Origin: Mobula hypostoma
Lineage: Eukaryota
Reading direction: 5' to 3'
NCBI RefSeq assembly: GCF_963921235.1
Contig: NC_086097.1
Span: 71,178,001 to 71,238,000, forward strand
Length of the DNA: 60,000 nt
The notes below the pieces were generated by a model. The model was not told where the DNA came from. It did no database searches and saw only the letters and a program-made list of their open reading frames with translations. The translations under genes and the position numbers were made by a program. This document shows positions 49,420 to 60,000 of the stretch, one piece after another (positions within the stretch are counted from its first letter, which is position 1; every line of letters begins with the position of its first letter).

Positions 49420-49917
49420 CAGTTAATTATCTGACAACAATTCAATGCATAAAAGCATGCAGACACGGTCAGGAGGTTCAACTGTTGTTCAGACCAAACA
49501 GCAAAATGAAAAGGAATTGTGATCCATGTGACTTTGCGTGGAATGATTGTTAGTGCCAAATAGGGCAGTTTGAGTACCTCAGAAACTGCTGATCTCCTGG
49601 GAATTTTACACACAACAGTCTCTAGGGTTCACAGAGAATGGTGCAAAATCAAAAAAAAAATCCAGTGAGCAGCAGTTCTGTTGGCAAAAACATCTTGCTA
49701 ATGAGGGAGGTCAGAGGAGAATGGCCAGACTGGTTGTAGCTGACGGGAAGGTGACCGTAACTCAAATACGCACACTTTACAACAGTGGTGTGCAGAAGAG
49801 CATCTCTGAATGCACAGCACGCCGAACCTTGAAGTGGATGGGCTACAGGAGCAGAAGACCACTAACATACACTCAGTAACCACTTTGTTATGTACTGGGG
49901 TGGCCACTGAGGGTATA
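49420..49917 (+). mobile_element. Tc1-type non-autonomous transposon remnant
   Basis: GMIV..SETADLLGI.HTTVSRVHREW, GQRRMARLV.ADGKVT.TQI, RTLKWMGYRSRRP; TIR-like GTGGCCACTGAG.G|TA. Confidence 0.85.
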
Positions 49918-50299
49918 TCATAGAGGTATCATGTGAACTGCTGATTTTTACTAAATAACTCCAATTCCCGTTGTGTTCTATGGTTATTTGGTATGGTTAT
50001 GGTTATCTTGGGTCCTGAATCCCATGCCTGTCTAAATCTACAAATAATGGACTGTTACTCAGCATGTCATCCTCAATCCAGAGGGATTGCTTAAGAGAGA
50101 AAGAGATGATTATTTTGCAGACGTTCTTTTATCTGTGTTTCTATTTCATTTAAATGCTTGGGTATATAACAAGATACATAATTTGGTTCTGGATAGCTCA
50201 GGAATAAAAATTTGTGAAGTCTTCAAAAAGATAACTGTCTCTGGCAGCCATGGCATTGACCCAATGACCTTCAGTGGAGTTGATGGAAGTTTCATGAGA

Positions 50300-50800
50300 T
50301 GAACAGTAATCACTCACACAATCGGAGTGACTAGACCTAGAAAACCAATTTCAGTGTTCTACTCCAGATTAATAAACCCAGTATTCAGGGCTAGTCATTC
50401 CTGTTGGACAGGCCACATCACTTGCATACTCAATACCATCTCTTGAGAGAAACATTCTCATCCAGTTCTATCATGGGAAGACATTGCCAGGTGGACCAAA
50501 GCAAAGATTCAAGAACCTGATCAAAATCTCCTTGATAAAATCCTCATTGACTCCAGGGAACCATTGACCCATGTCCAGTCAATATGGAGAAGGAGCATTT
50601 GAGATGGTGTTGGGAGCCTCATAACCATGCACCAAAGGCACAGTGAAGTTCCCACAGAAGAGCTGGAAAGAATGATAAGCTGACAACCTACTCACCCATC
50701 TGCAGTTTCAGTTACCTCAAACCCCATCAGTGAGAGAGTCTGTTTGGTCTCTTCAGCTTCCTGAGAATCCACAATGTGGAAACGTGCCATCTTTTTTCTT
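50300..50800 (+). mobile_element. Old RTE-clade LINE 3' fragment
   Basis: WTGHI..HGKTLPGGPKQRFKNLIKISL matches the RTE C-terminal W.GH..G.R..GG..KRFKD.LK pattern. Confidence 0.6.
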
Positions 50801-51479
50801 CAGTGTTAGCCAGAGAAGAAGAGGAGATACCTGAATGCTGAATTATGGAGGTTCCAGATCTTCCACAAAATGAAGAGTTGTTCTCTGTCTGCCCTCTTTA
50901 TAAAGTGATTTAAAATTATAAATCACATCTCATTCACTGCACGTGAACACTTGATCAAAGGCTAGAAATCTCTCTAATATTTTTCCAAGCATTGCCACAC
51001 CAGTATCACAGTCATCAATGATGTTGAATTAATTATTGTTTTGAACAATTACTCAAATTAAAAGGAAAACACTGACATTGAACATGTACAATTCCACTCC
51101 ACTGCTGAAACGATGGCAGCACAGGGGTTCCATCAGCACTCGATCTGATCCTACCAGAATTCAATAGTGGGGGTGGGTGGCAAAATGTAGGCCTGACTTC
51201 TGGCAGGTTGTCTGATGAAATTGTGAATGTGGAAGAATTGTCTTTTTTCCTCGTTTGATTTGACAAATTTATGTATCCTAATGGTACTGTTCACCTACCT
51301 CCCACAGAGAGCACAGCATGCCCATTCTGATGCCAGCCTCTCTATTACTGGAGGTTTCAGCTTGGAGGAGAGGCTTTTAACTGAGTTTTATTATTCTGCT
51401 AAAGCAAACCTTTAAATGCATTTTAATATTGGCGCAGGGGTTCCAGGTACCCTCTGCCTCTCAGCAGTTTGTTACTGCC

Positions 51480-51690
51480 AGCTTTTCCAATTTCCTTCCC
51501 TTCCTTTTCCTTCTCCTCCCTTCCTTGACTTCTTTCCTGAATCCTTCTCCAATGCCTCCTTTGCACTCTCCTCCCGCTTTGACTCCAATTTCACTGCTTG
51601 CGCTCTTTCCCAAGGTCCAGTTTTTCCCTTCCCCTCCACACTTCTCCTCTCATTATCCTAATCCTCCCCTACTTCCCCTCTTCCAAACCT
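51480..51690. repeat. Polypyrimidine low-complexity tract
   Basis: C/T-dominated run of about 200 bp. Confidence 0.7.
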
Positions 51691-51724
51691 TTACAGAACA
51701 TAACACAGTAAGCACAATCCTGTT

Positions 51725-52145
51725 GCTACCCGTAAGGAGCTTGTACGTCTCCCCGTGACCGCGTGGGTTTCCTCTGGGTGCTCCGGTTTCTCTCACAGCC
51801 CGAAGGCGTATCGGTTGGTAGATTGATTGGTCGTGGTAAATTGTCTTGTTATTAGGACAAGTGGAATGGAGGCCAATTCTCTGGATTCTTTCAAAAAAGA
51901 GTTAGATAGAGCTCTTAAAGATAGTGGAGTGAAGGGATATGGGGAGAAGGCAGGTAAAGGGTACTGATTGTGGATGATCAGCCATGATCACAGTGAATGG
52001 TGGTGCTGGCTCGAAGGGCTGAATGGCCTACTCCTGCACCTGTTGTCTATTGTCTATTAGGCTGGGATTAAGTCAGGGGTTGCTGGGCAGCATGGCTCAG
52101 AGGACCAGAGGGCCTACTCCGCGCTGTATCTCAATAAAATAAAAA
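51725..52145 (+). mobile_element. V-SINE/HE1-like SINE interrupted by a CR1 3' end
   Basis: CCCCGTGACCGCGTGGGTTTCCTCTGGGTGCTCCGGTTTC V-domain; (AATAA)n tail. Confidence 0.82.
51857..52054 (+). mobile_element. CR1 LINE 3' end with 7-bp TSD
   Basis: TATTAGG at 51850-51856 and 52055-52061; FKKELDRAL motif; (TGTCTAT)n tail. Confidence 0.85.
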
Positions 52146-52334
52146 AGTACAGATCCTTCTGCCCACGATATTGTGCCAACCCTTTATCCTACAGGCACTT
52201 TCCCTCTTCCTTACCTCCCTATTTTGCCTTCCTCCCTTCCTCTTCAGGCTGAAAGAAATGATAGGGTTGAAGCTGCAGATTTTTGAGGATGTGAAGCTTT
52301 AGAAGTGATACAGAAGTTTCGAAGTTAATAACAG

Positions 52335-52612
52335 TGGACAGCAAAGTAGCATTACGTTTAGTGTAACACTAATACAGCACCAGTGAGCCAGGTTCAGTTC
52401 TGCCACTGTCTGTAACGAGTCTGTATGTTCTCCTTGTGACTGCATAGGTTTCATCTGGTGCTCCAATTCCCTCCTGTGTTCCAAAGGCATACAGTAATTA
52501 GTCACACAGGTGTAATTGCTCAGAGTTGCCTTGTTGGGCTAGAAGGGTCTGTTAGCAGTTTATACCTCCAAATGAATGAATGAATACATAAATAAATAAA
52601 CAAACAAATAAA
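52335..52612 (+). mobile_element. Degenerate V-SINE/HE1-like SINE
   Basis: GGTTCAGTTC B-box-like, V-domain, (TGAA/TAAA)n tail. Confidence 0.65.
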
Positions 52613-53629
52613 AAGGAACACAGTTGTAAAGGAAGTATACATTGTGTGAAAAAACAGATTTTGCAGACTGAATTTATGATGCCTCAGCACATGTTTGAAA
52701 CTCAACCTCAGATTAATCAAGACACAGTGAATGTACATGACTTCGTAACCAAGGAGGGAAATGGAACCAGGAGCAAGAATACGGCAGGTGTACAGGAAAT
52801 ATAGAAAATGATTTCAATTTCCCAAATGCTCAAATGAAGAAAATTATTGTTATGTCACTGCTAAATCTCTGAAAACAATAATTTCCAGGTGTTTTCCCAA
52901 TACATGTTTAAGTTGACTGTGTCCATACTGTAAAGTTTTGTGTACAGTTCTGGTCACTATGTTGAAGGAAAGACATTGTCAAGCTGGAGGGTGTGCAGAA
53001 TGGATGACTCAGGGGCAGGAATGGTTACTTAGAGTGCCAGGCTTTAGATGTTTCAGAAAGGACAGGGAGGGAGGCAAAAGAGGTGGGGGCATGGCACTGC
53101 TGAGCAGAGATAGTGTCACGGCTGCAGAAAAGGAGGACGCTATGGCGTGATGTCTACGGAGTCTCTGTGGGTGGAAGTTAGAAACAGAAAGAGGTCAATA
53201 ACTCCACTGGGTGCTTTTAGAGACCACCCAATAGTAACAGGAATATAAAGGAGCAGATAGGGAGACAGATTCCGGAACAAGGTTGTTGTGACGGGAGATT
53301 TTAATTTCCCAAATATTGATTGACATCTCCCTTGAGCAAAGGGTTTAGATGGGGTGGAGTTTGTTAGGTTTGTTCAGGAAGGTTTCCTGACACAATATGT
53401 AGATAAGCCAACAAGAGGAGAGGCTATACTTGATCTGGTATTGGGAAATAAACCTGGTCAGGTGTCAGCTCTCTCAGTGGGAGAGCATTTTGGAGATAGT
53501 GATCACAATTCTATCTCCTTTACCATAGTGCAAACACAAGAAAATCTGCAGATGCTGGAATTTCAAGCAACACACATAAAAGTTGCTGGCGAACGCAGCA
53601 GACCAGGCAGCATCTCTCGGAAGAGGTAC

Positions 53630-53665
53630 AGTCGACGTTTCAGGCTGAGACCCTTCGTCAGGACT
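53630..53665 (-). ncRNA. Minimal hammerhead ribozyme
   Basis: Minus strand: AGTC-CTGACGA-AGGGTCTCAGCCT-GAAA-CGTC-GACT. Confidence 0.75.
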
Positions 53666-54432
53666 AACGGAAAGAAGAGCTAGTAAGAGATTTGAAAGTG
53701 AGAGGGGAGGGGGAGATCCGAAATGATAGGAGAAGACAGGAGGGGGAGGAATGGAGCCAAGAGCTGGACAGTTGATTGGCAAAAGGGATATGAGAGGATC
53801 ATGGGACAGGAGGCCTAGAGAGAAAGAAAAGGGGGAGGGGGGAAGCCCAGAGGATGGGCAAGGGGTATAGTGAGAGGTATAGAGGGAGAAAAAGGAGAGA
53901 GAGAAGAAGAAAGTGTGTATGTAAATAAATAAATAACGGATGGGGTACGAGGGGGAGGTGGGGCATTAGTGGAAGTTTGAGAAGTCAATGTTTATGCCAT
54001 CAGGTTGGAGGCTACCCAGATGGAATATAAGGTGTTGCTCCTCCAACCTGAGTGTGGCTTCATCTTTACAGTAAAGGAGGCCGTGGATAGACATATCAGA
54101 ATGGGACGTGGAATTAAAATGTGTGGCCATTGAGAGATCCTACTTTCTCTGGCGGACAGAGCGTAGGTGTGCATCGAAACGATCTCCCAATCTGCGTCAG
54201 GTCTCACCAATATATAGAAGGCCACATCGGGAGCATTGGCTGGGGTGATATACTGCGTCCGGTATCAGCCTCCAACCTGATGGCATGAACATTGACTTCT
54301 CAAACTTCCACTAATGCCCCACCTCCCCCTTGTACCCCATTCCTCCCCCTCCTGTCTTCTCTGATCATTTCAGATCTCCCCCTCCCCCTCCCCCTCCCAC
54401 TTTCAAATCTCTTACTAGCTCTTCTTTCAGTT

Positions 54433-54468
54433 AGTCCTGACGAAGGGTCTCGGCCTGAAACGTCGACT
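54433..54468 (+). ncRNA. Minimal hammerhead ribozyme
   Basis: AGTC-CTGACGA-AGGGTCTCGGCCT-GAAA-CGTC-GACT. Confidence 0.8.
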
Positions 54469-54889
54469 GTACCTCTTTCTAGAGATGCTGCCTGGCCTGC
54501 TGCGTTCACCAGCAGCTTTCATGTGTGTTGCTTGAAATTCCAGCATCTGCAGATTTCCTCGTATTTGCGGCATGAATATTGACTTCAAAAACTTCCGCTA
54601 ATGCCCCACCTTCCCCTCGTACCCCATCCATTATTTATTTATTTATATACACACTTTCTTTTTCTCTCTCTCCTTTTTCTCCCTCTGTCCCTCTTGCCCA
54701 TCCTCTGGTTTCCCCCCTTCCCCTTTTCTTTCTCCTTAGGCCTCCTGTCCCATGATCCTCTCATATTCCTTTTGCCAATCAACTGTCCAGCTCTTGGCTC
54801 CATCCCTCCCCCTCCTGTCTTCTCCTATCATTTTGGATCTCCCCCTCCCCCTCCAACTTTCAAATCTCTTACTAGCTCTTCCTTCAGTT

Positions 54890-54925
54890 AGTCCTGACGA
54901 AGGGTCTCGGCCCGAAACGTCGACT
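54890..54925 (+). ncRNA. Minimal hammerhead ribozyme (best consensus copy)
   Basis: AGTC-CTGACGA-AGGGTCTCGGCCC-GAAA-CGTC-GACT. Confidence 0.85.
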
Positions 54926-55240
54926 GTACCTCTTCCTAGAGATGCTGCCTGGCCTGCTGCATTCACCAGCAACTTTTATGTGTGTTCCTTTACCATAGTA
55001 TTTGAGAGGGATAAGAACAGACAAGTTAGGAAAGTGTTTAATTGGAGTAAGGGGAAATATGAAGCTATCAGGCAGGAACTTGGAAGCATAAATTGAGAAC
55101 AAATGTTCTGAGGGAAATATTCAGGGGATATTTGTGTGGCGTTCTGCATAGGTACATTCCAATGAGACAGTGAAGGGACGGTAGGGTACAGGAACTGTGG
55201 TGTAAAAAAGGCTGTTGAAAATCTAGTCAGGAAGAAAAGA

Positions 55241-58035
55241 TGTAGCTCCACCAACACTTTAGCTCACAGCTTGGATGGCATTCACTCGCATCACTCCTAT
55301 CATGTGACAGGACTGCACCTGTACCACAAGGGGAGCCATCACAGAGAAGCTTCACTGGACGATGTGGATCATAATGCACAATGGCCACCATCACCACTTC
55401 CTTTACCTTTTGGAAAGCCACTTCACACTGTCTTGTCCATCGCCATTTCTTCCGATCTGTAGTAATGACTACAAGGAGTGGAACACAGTAGCCAGGTTTG
55501 GTGAAACTTAAAAAGGACCACAACTGTGATGCACCCTCTGCCCTTGGGGTATCCACCACTACTTAAATTTTCTCAGCGCATTTGTGTAAATCTTGTTTAT
55601 CAATGATCTGACCACAGTAAGTGATGCTTGGTTTTAAAAATTCACACTTGCGTCATTCTCTGAGTCCATGCTCTTATCATCTTTTTAACACCCATTTTGA
55701 GGTTTCAGGGATGTTCCTTGTCATCCTTACCGGTAACAATGGTGTCATCCAGGTAACACTGAGTGCCTGGGCAGCCTTGCAGCACCTGGTCCACAGCTTT
55801 TTGCCTGAATGCCGGTGCAGATGCTACTCCAAAAATAAGCCTATTATAGTGATAGAGCCTTTTGTGAGTGTTTATGATGAGAAGCACTTTGGACTTTTCT
55901 TTCATCTCCATATGTAGGTAGGCCTCAGCTAAGTCCACTTTTCTGAACTGTTTTCCTCCAGAAAGGTTTGCAAAGATGTCCTTTATCCTGGGCAGAGCAT
56001 ATTGATCTACTCTCAACACTGGGTTGATGGTGACCTCAAAATCACTACAGTTCCTGACATACCCATCCTTCTTGGCTACTGGGACCACTGGCATTGCCCC
56101 TGGACTCCACTCAACCATGGACAGAATTCCTTCAGCCTGTATATGATCAAGCTCACTGTCATGGATGATGTAAGGAACAAGATGGGTTTGTAAAACTTGG
56201 GTGTGGCATTTTCTCCCTAATATGTTTGAGTTTTCCAATGCTATCCTTAAATACTGCTGTGGCATCATCCAGTACCTATCTTAATTCACTTTCAATTGAC
56301 TCTATTGCAGAGGATGTGACATACAAATGTTGGGTGGATCTCCAATCAAGTTGTAGATGTCTCAGCCTCTCACGGCTCTACAAATCTGGCCTTCCTGTTT
56401 TTATCACACACATGCCCAATGTGGCTTGTTGGTTGTTGTATTTCACGGTTGTGAATGTCATTCCCACAGGAATTATCTTTTCTCCAGTATAAGTTCTTAA
56501 TTGGATATCTGCTGGCTTCAGTTTAGTATCTTTAAAATGGCTTTCAAACTCATTTTGTGGAATAACAAACAGCTGAGCCAGTGTCCAATTCCATTTTAAT
56601 TAATTGGCCACTCACTTCTGGTGTAAGCATATTGGTTGTTTCTTGTCAGTTTTCACATAGTAAATCTCCAGGTCCCTCAGTCCTGTGTCAGTCTCATCTT
56701 TATCCGATTTTTCATCAACAGCATGCAGATTGGTGCTCTTTTTGAAACTACAACTTGACTTTTTATCTTTTTCTCTTCCCTGTGCAGCTCATTTAGTTTG
56801 TCTGCTTGACATGCTCTTTGTATGTGTCCTACTTTGTTGCATTTTCGACAAGTTTTGCCTTTAAACCTGCATTGCTCTGGTATATGTGAGCTCCTGCCGC
56901 AATGGTAACACAATTTGTTTTGCCAGGTTAGGTTTCTGGTTAGATAATGCAGTTTTGTTCACATTCACTTTCATTACTGACTGCAACTCAATTGCATCTC
57001 TGCTTGTGGTTTGCATTGATACAGCAATTTCAACTACTCTTTTAAATGTCGTTTGTGCTGCAGTTAGGAACCATTTTTGAATATTTTCTTGTTAGATTCC
57101 ACAAACTAAATGATCTCTCAGTGCATCATTAAGCCCAACACTGAACTGATAATGCTCAGAAAATCTTTTCAATTCAGCTAAGTAAGCTGAAATGGACTCC
57201 CTTCCTTCTGATTTTGCTTATGAAACCTATAGCATTCTGCATTCAACAATGGTTTTGGTTTTAAATGTTCCTACATTATTTTCATGATATCAGCAAAGCT
57301 CATTTCAGATGGTTTGGTTGGTGGTTGGAGCAGTCAACTTATAAGCAAACTGTATGCTCTTCCATCTTTTGCACTCATTTCTCATTGGCTATTTAATTCG
57401 CTTCAAAATACTACTCAATTTGTTCAATATACACGATCCAGCTATCTATTATGCAATCGAATGCACCCATCTTTCTGATGTTGTCAGCCATTTCTGCTTA
57501 AAAAAAATTATTACTATTATCACCCAGTACTCGCTGTTTATGAACCCATGAATTTCGCCCGTTTCAGCTTTCTTTTTAAACTTGTCCACCTCTCACTCCC
57601 CCTTCTGAGGAAAAACAAACATAGAACATAGGACATAGAAAGCTAGAGCACATTACAGGCCCTTCGGCCCACATTGTTGTGCCAACCACAACATTGTGTA
57701 CTGAACATCCTGTGCTTTTTGTTAACGAATGTCTCGTTGTACTTCAACAGGTACGTAGTCGTCTTGGGTTTGTTTTAAAGCTACCTTGTCACTACTGACA
57801 TGTTTTATAACTTCAGAAATGAATTAAAAGAAAAATACGGGAGCCCAAGATAATGTGCGTACTTCATTTTTATTTTTAGCGAAGCACACACGTTTGATGT
57901 GGTGATGTAATGGTGTATGCCATTCACGTACTTTTATATAGTAGACCCCATAATGAATTATATAATCAACAAAGAATGCTTAATCAAAAATATATTTACA
58001 ATGTTACGCAAATATTACTGAAATATTAAATACAG
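55241..58035 (-). mobile_element. Decayed Ty3/Gypsy LTR retrotransposon, 5' half (LTR, gag, protease, RT, start of RNase H)
   Basis: Double Zn knuckle CYHCGRSSH..CRKCNKVGHIQRAC; protease MELDTGSAV (56568-56594); RT FGVASAPA..YLDD; HYDP..KLLCDGSP.GTGAVL; PBS-like TAGTGACAAGG at 57784-57794 next to a putative LTR at about 57796-58035. Confidence 0.9.
57618..57690 (-). mobile_element. CR1-type 3' tail inserted in the Gypsy leader
   Basis: ACATAGAACATAG..ACAGGCCCTTCGGCCCAC. Confidence 0.65.
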
Positions 58036-58039
58036 AATA

Positions 58040-58206
58040 GCAGGTACAATTACAACATTTAAAAGGCATTTAGATAGGTACCTGGAGGAAGTGGCTTAGA
58101 GAGTTCTGGACTAAATGAAGGCAAGTGGGACTAGCTGGGAGGATGCTATGATCGAAGTTGGATCGAAGGACCGTTTCTGTGCTGCATTACTCTCTGACTC
58201 TATGAC
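58040..58206 (+). mobile_element. CR1 LINE 3' end
   Basis: TITTFKRHLDRY motif; (CTCTATGA)-type tail. Confidence 0.75.
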
Positions 58207-58379
58207 CGTTAACATTCAATCTTCCCTAGTCCCAGTGCTGTGCTCTTTCTTTTATCACCTCACACCCTGCTGCCATCCCCTTTACTCCCGGTTATTAAGT
58301 ATATATAATCTAAATATAATATATATTCAGTCTGGTGAATATACATCACCAAGGAAACAATATGCTCCCAGGTTTCTGC

Positions 58380-59250
58380 CATTTTTGCACAGCAGATGTG
58401 GTCTTCATTCAACCAATGAACATCTGGACAGCAAAGCTGCCAGACATCAGGATGTTTTTCATCAACTATAGCTCAGCATTCAATAGTATCACCCCCTCAA
58501 AACTAACCAATAAGGTTCAAGACCTTGGCCTCAATACCTCTTTGTGCAATTGGATCCTTGATTCCCTCTTTTTCAGACCCCAGTCAGTTTGGATTGGTAA
58601 AACCATCTCCTCCACAATCTCAATCAGCGCAGGTGCACCACAAGGCTGTGTGGTTAGGACGCTGCTCTACTCACTTTATACTTATGACTGTGAGGCTAAG
58701 CACAGCTCCAATGCCATTTTCAAGTTTGCTGATGACACCACTGGCTTTGGCCGAATCAAAGATAGTGACATATCAGCATATAGGAGGGAGATTGAAAATC
58801 TGGCCGAGTGGTGTCTCAACAACAACCTCTCACTCAATGTCAGCAAGACCAAGGAGCTGAATATTGACTGCAGGATGAGGAAATCTAAGGTCCGTGAGCC
58901 AGTCTTCATCAGGGGATCTGTGGTGGAGAGGATCCGCAATTTTAATTTCCCCCGTGTTATCATCTCACAGTAGCTGTTTTGGGTCCAGCATGTAAGTGCC
59001 ATTACAAAGAAAGCATGGCAGCACCTCTACTTTCTTAGAAGTTTGTGAGGATTCGGCATGACATCTAAAACTTTGACAAACTTCTGTGATGGATAGTACG
59101 GTCTGGTATGGAAACACCAATACCCTTGAATGGAAAATCCTACAAAGGGTAGTGGATACAGCCCAGTCCATCATGGATAAAGCGCTCCACACCATTAAGT
59201 ACATCTATATGGCGCGCAGTCGCATGAAAGCAGCATCCATCATCAAGGAT
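58380..59250 (+). mobile_element. Rex1/Babar LINE RT fragment
   Basis: FINYSSAFNSI, GAPQGCV, KFADDTT, WCLNNNLSLNVSKTKEL. Confidence 0.9.
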
Positions 59251-60000
59251 CTTGTTGTGTGGGAAATTGTGAGTGCTATTCTGTATTTTAGCACCCTGTT
59301 ATGTAGGTATACTCACACAAAAGTATTTACAGTATTTAGTTGTGTTACCTTCTGGTCAAACTATTTAATTAAAGTAGCCACTAAAAAAGAACATCATACT
59401 TTAAATGACAGGGATGTAATTGTATAGTTTTTATTTAAATCTCTGAGTTCCTAAATTGACAACGTATAAAATGGTATTGGTATCCGATAAGATGGATGAC
59501 CAGAATTACTGCTAAAAATGTTGTCCAAATGAATTTAAAAGTATGCCAGTATCTGGACTTTTAATAACAGTGATACTGTGATTGACAAACACCTCAATCA
59601 TGGTGAAACAATGAAGCACTTGTTTGAAGGTGAAAAAAAGCAACATTTTTACCTGCATTGTGTCACATAATAATGATTGCAGATTTTGTTTGGGCACTTT
59701 GTGGTTCACATATCAAAACTTGTTTTTAAGCCAAACAAAGAAGCAATGTTACCTCTTGCACTGTGGACAAGAGGTATTTTTGAAGATAATTAAAAGCTGT
59801 GTTTTCTAGCAGTTAAGCTCCTGATACCCAAGGTGGTGATCACATATCACACTCTCAAAATGTCTGATTGGCCAGTTTTATATCCATGATATCCTCTTTG
59901 ACCGTCTTAACACTAAATACCAGTTAGTGAAGGAGATTGCCACAAAGGTCAGGCAAGAACTTTAATTATTTAATAAAGCCACAGGAATGATTGACATGAT

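Larger units (their letters stand above)
53530..54985. mobile_element. Rearranged PLE insertion (minus-strand GIY-YIG plus pLTR, then two tandem plus-strand pLTRs) with 14-bp TSD
   Basis: TCCTTTACCATAGT at 53516-53529 and 54986-54999; homology to 199-928 in both orientations. Confidence 0.93.
52895..55240 (+). mobile_element. CR1 LINE fragments (short RT C-terminal piece, then endonuclease region) interrupted by a PLE
   Basis: FRCFRKDREGGKRGGG, GDFNFPNID, LTQYVDKPTRGEAILDLVL, GDSDHN; reading resumes after 54999 (FTIVFERDK..FNWSKGKY). Confidence 0.88.

Overview
Eukaryotic, AT-rich, repeat-dense non-coding DNA. The repeat repertoire (Penelope-like elements, CR1 and Rex1/Babar LINEs, V-SINE/HE1-like and CORE SINEs, Tigger, Tc1, Gypsy) points to a cartilaginous fish, probably a ray; this is inferred, not proven. 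I find no supportable host protein-coding exon: every recognisable ORF is a transposon fragment. Main points of interest: (1) a Penelope/Neptune-like family whose pseudo-LTR carries a 36-nt minimal type I hammerhead ribozyme, with 6 near-intact copies, including a 307-bp TSD-flanked ORF-less palindrome and a same-strand tandem pair 457 nt apart; (2) a roughly 850-bp Rex1/Babar derivative made only of the element's 5' and 3' ends; (3) several nested insertions with readable TSDs; (4) an almost transposon-free block at about 5.9-16.8 kb with clustered nuclear-receptor elements (DR1, DR8, composite DR2+DR0). Boundaries of old, decayed repeats are approximate.
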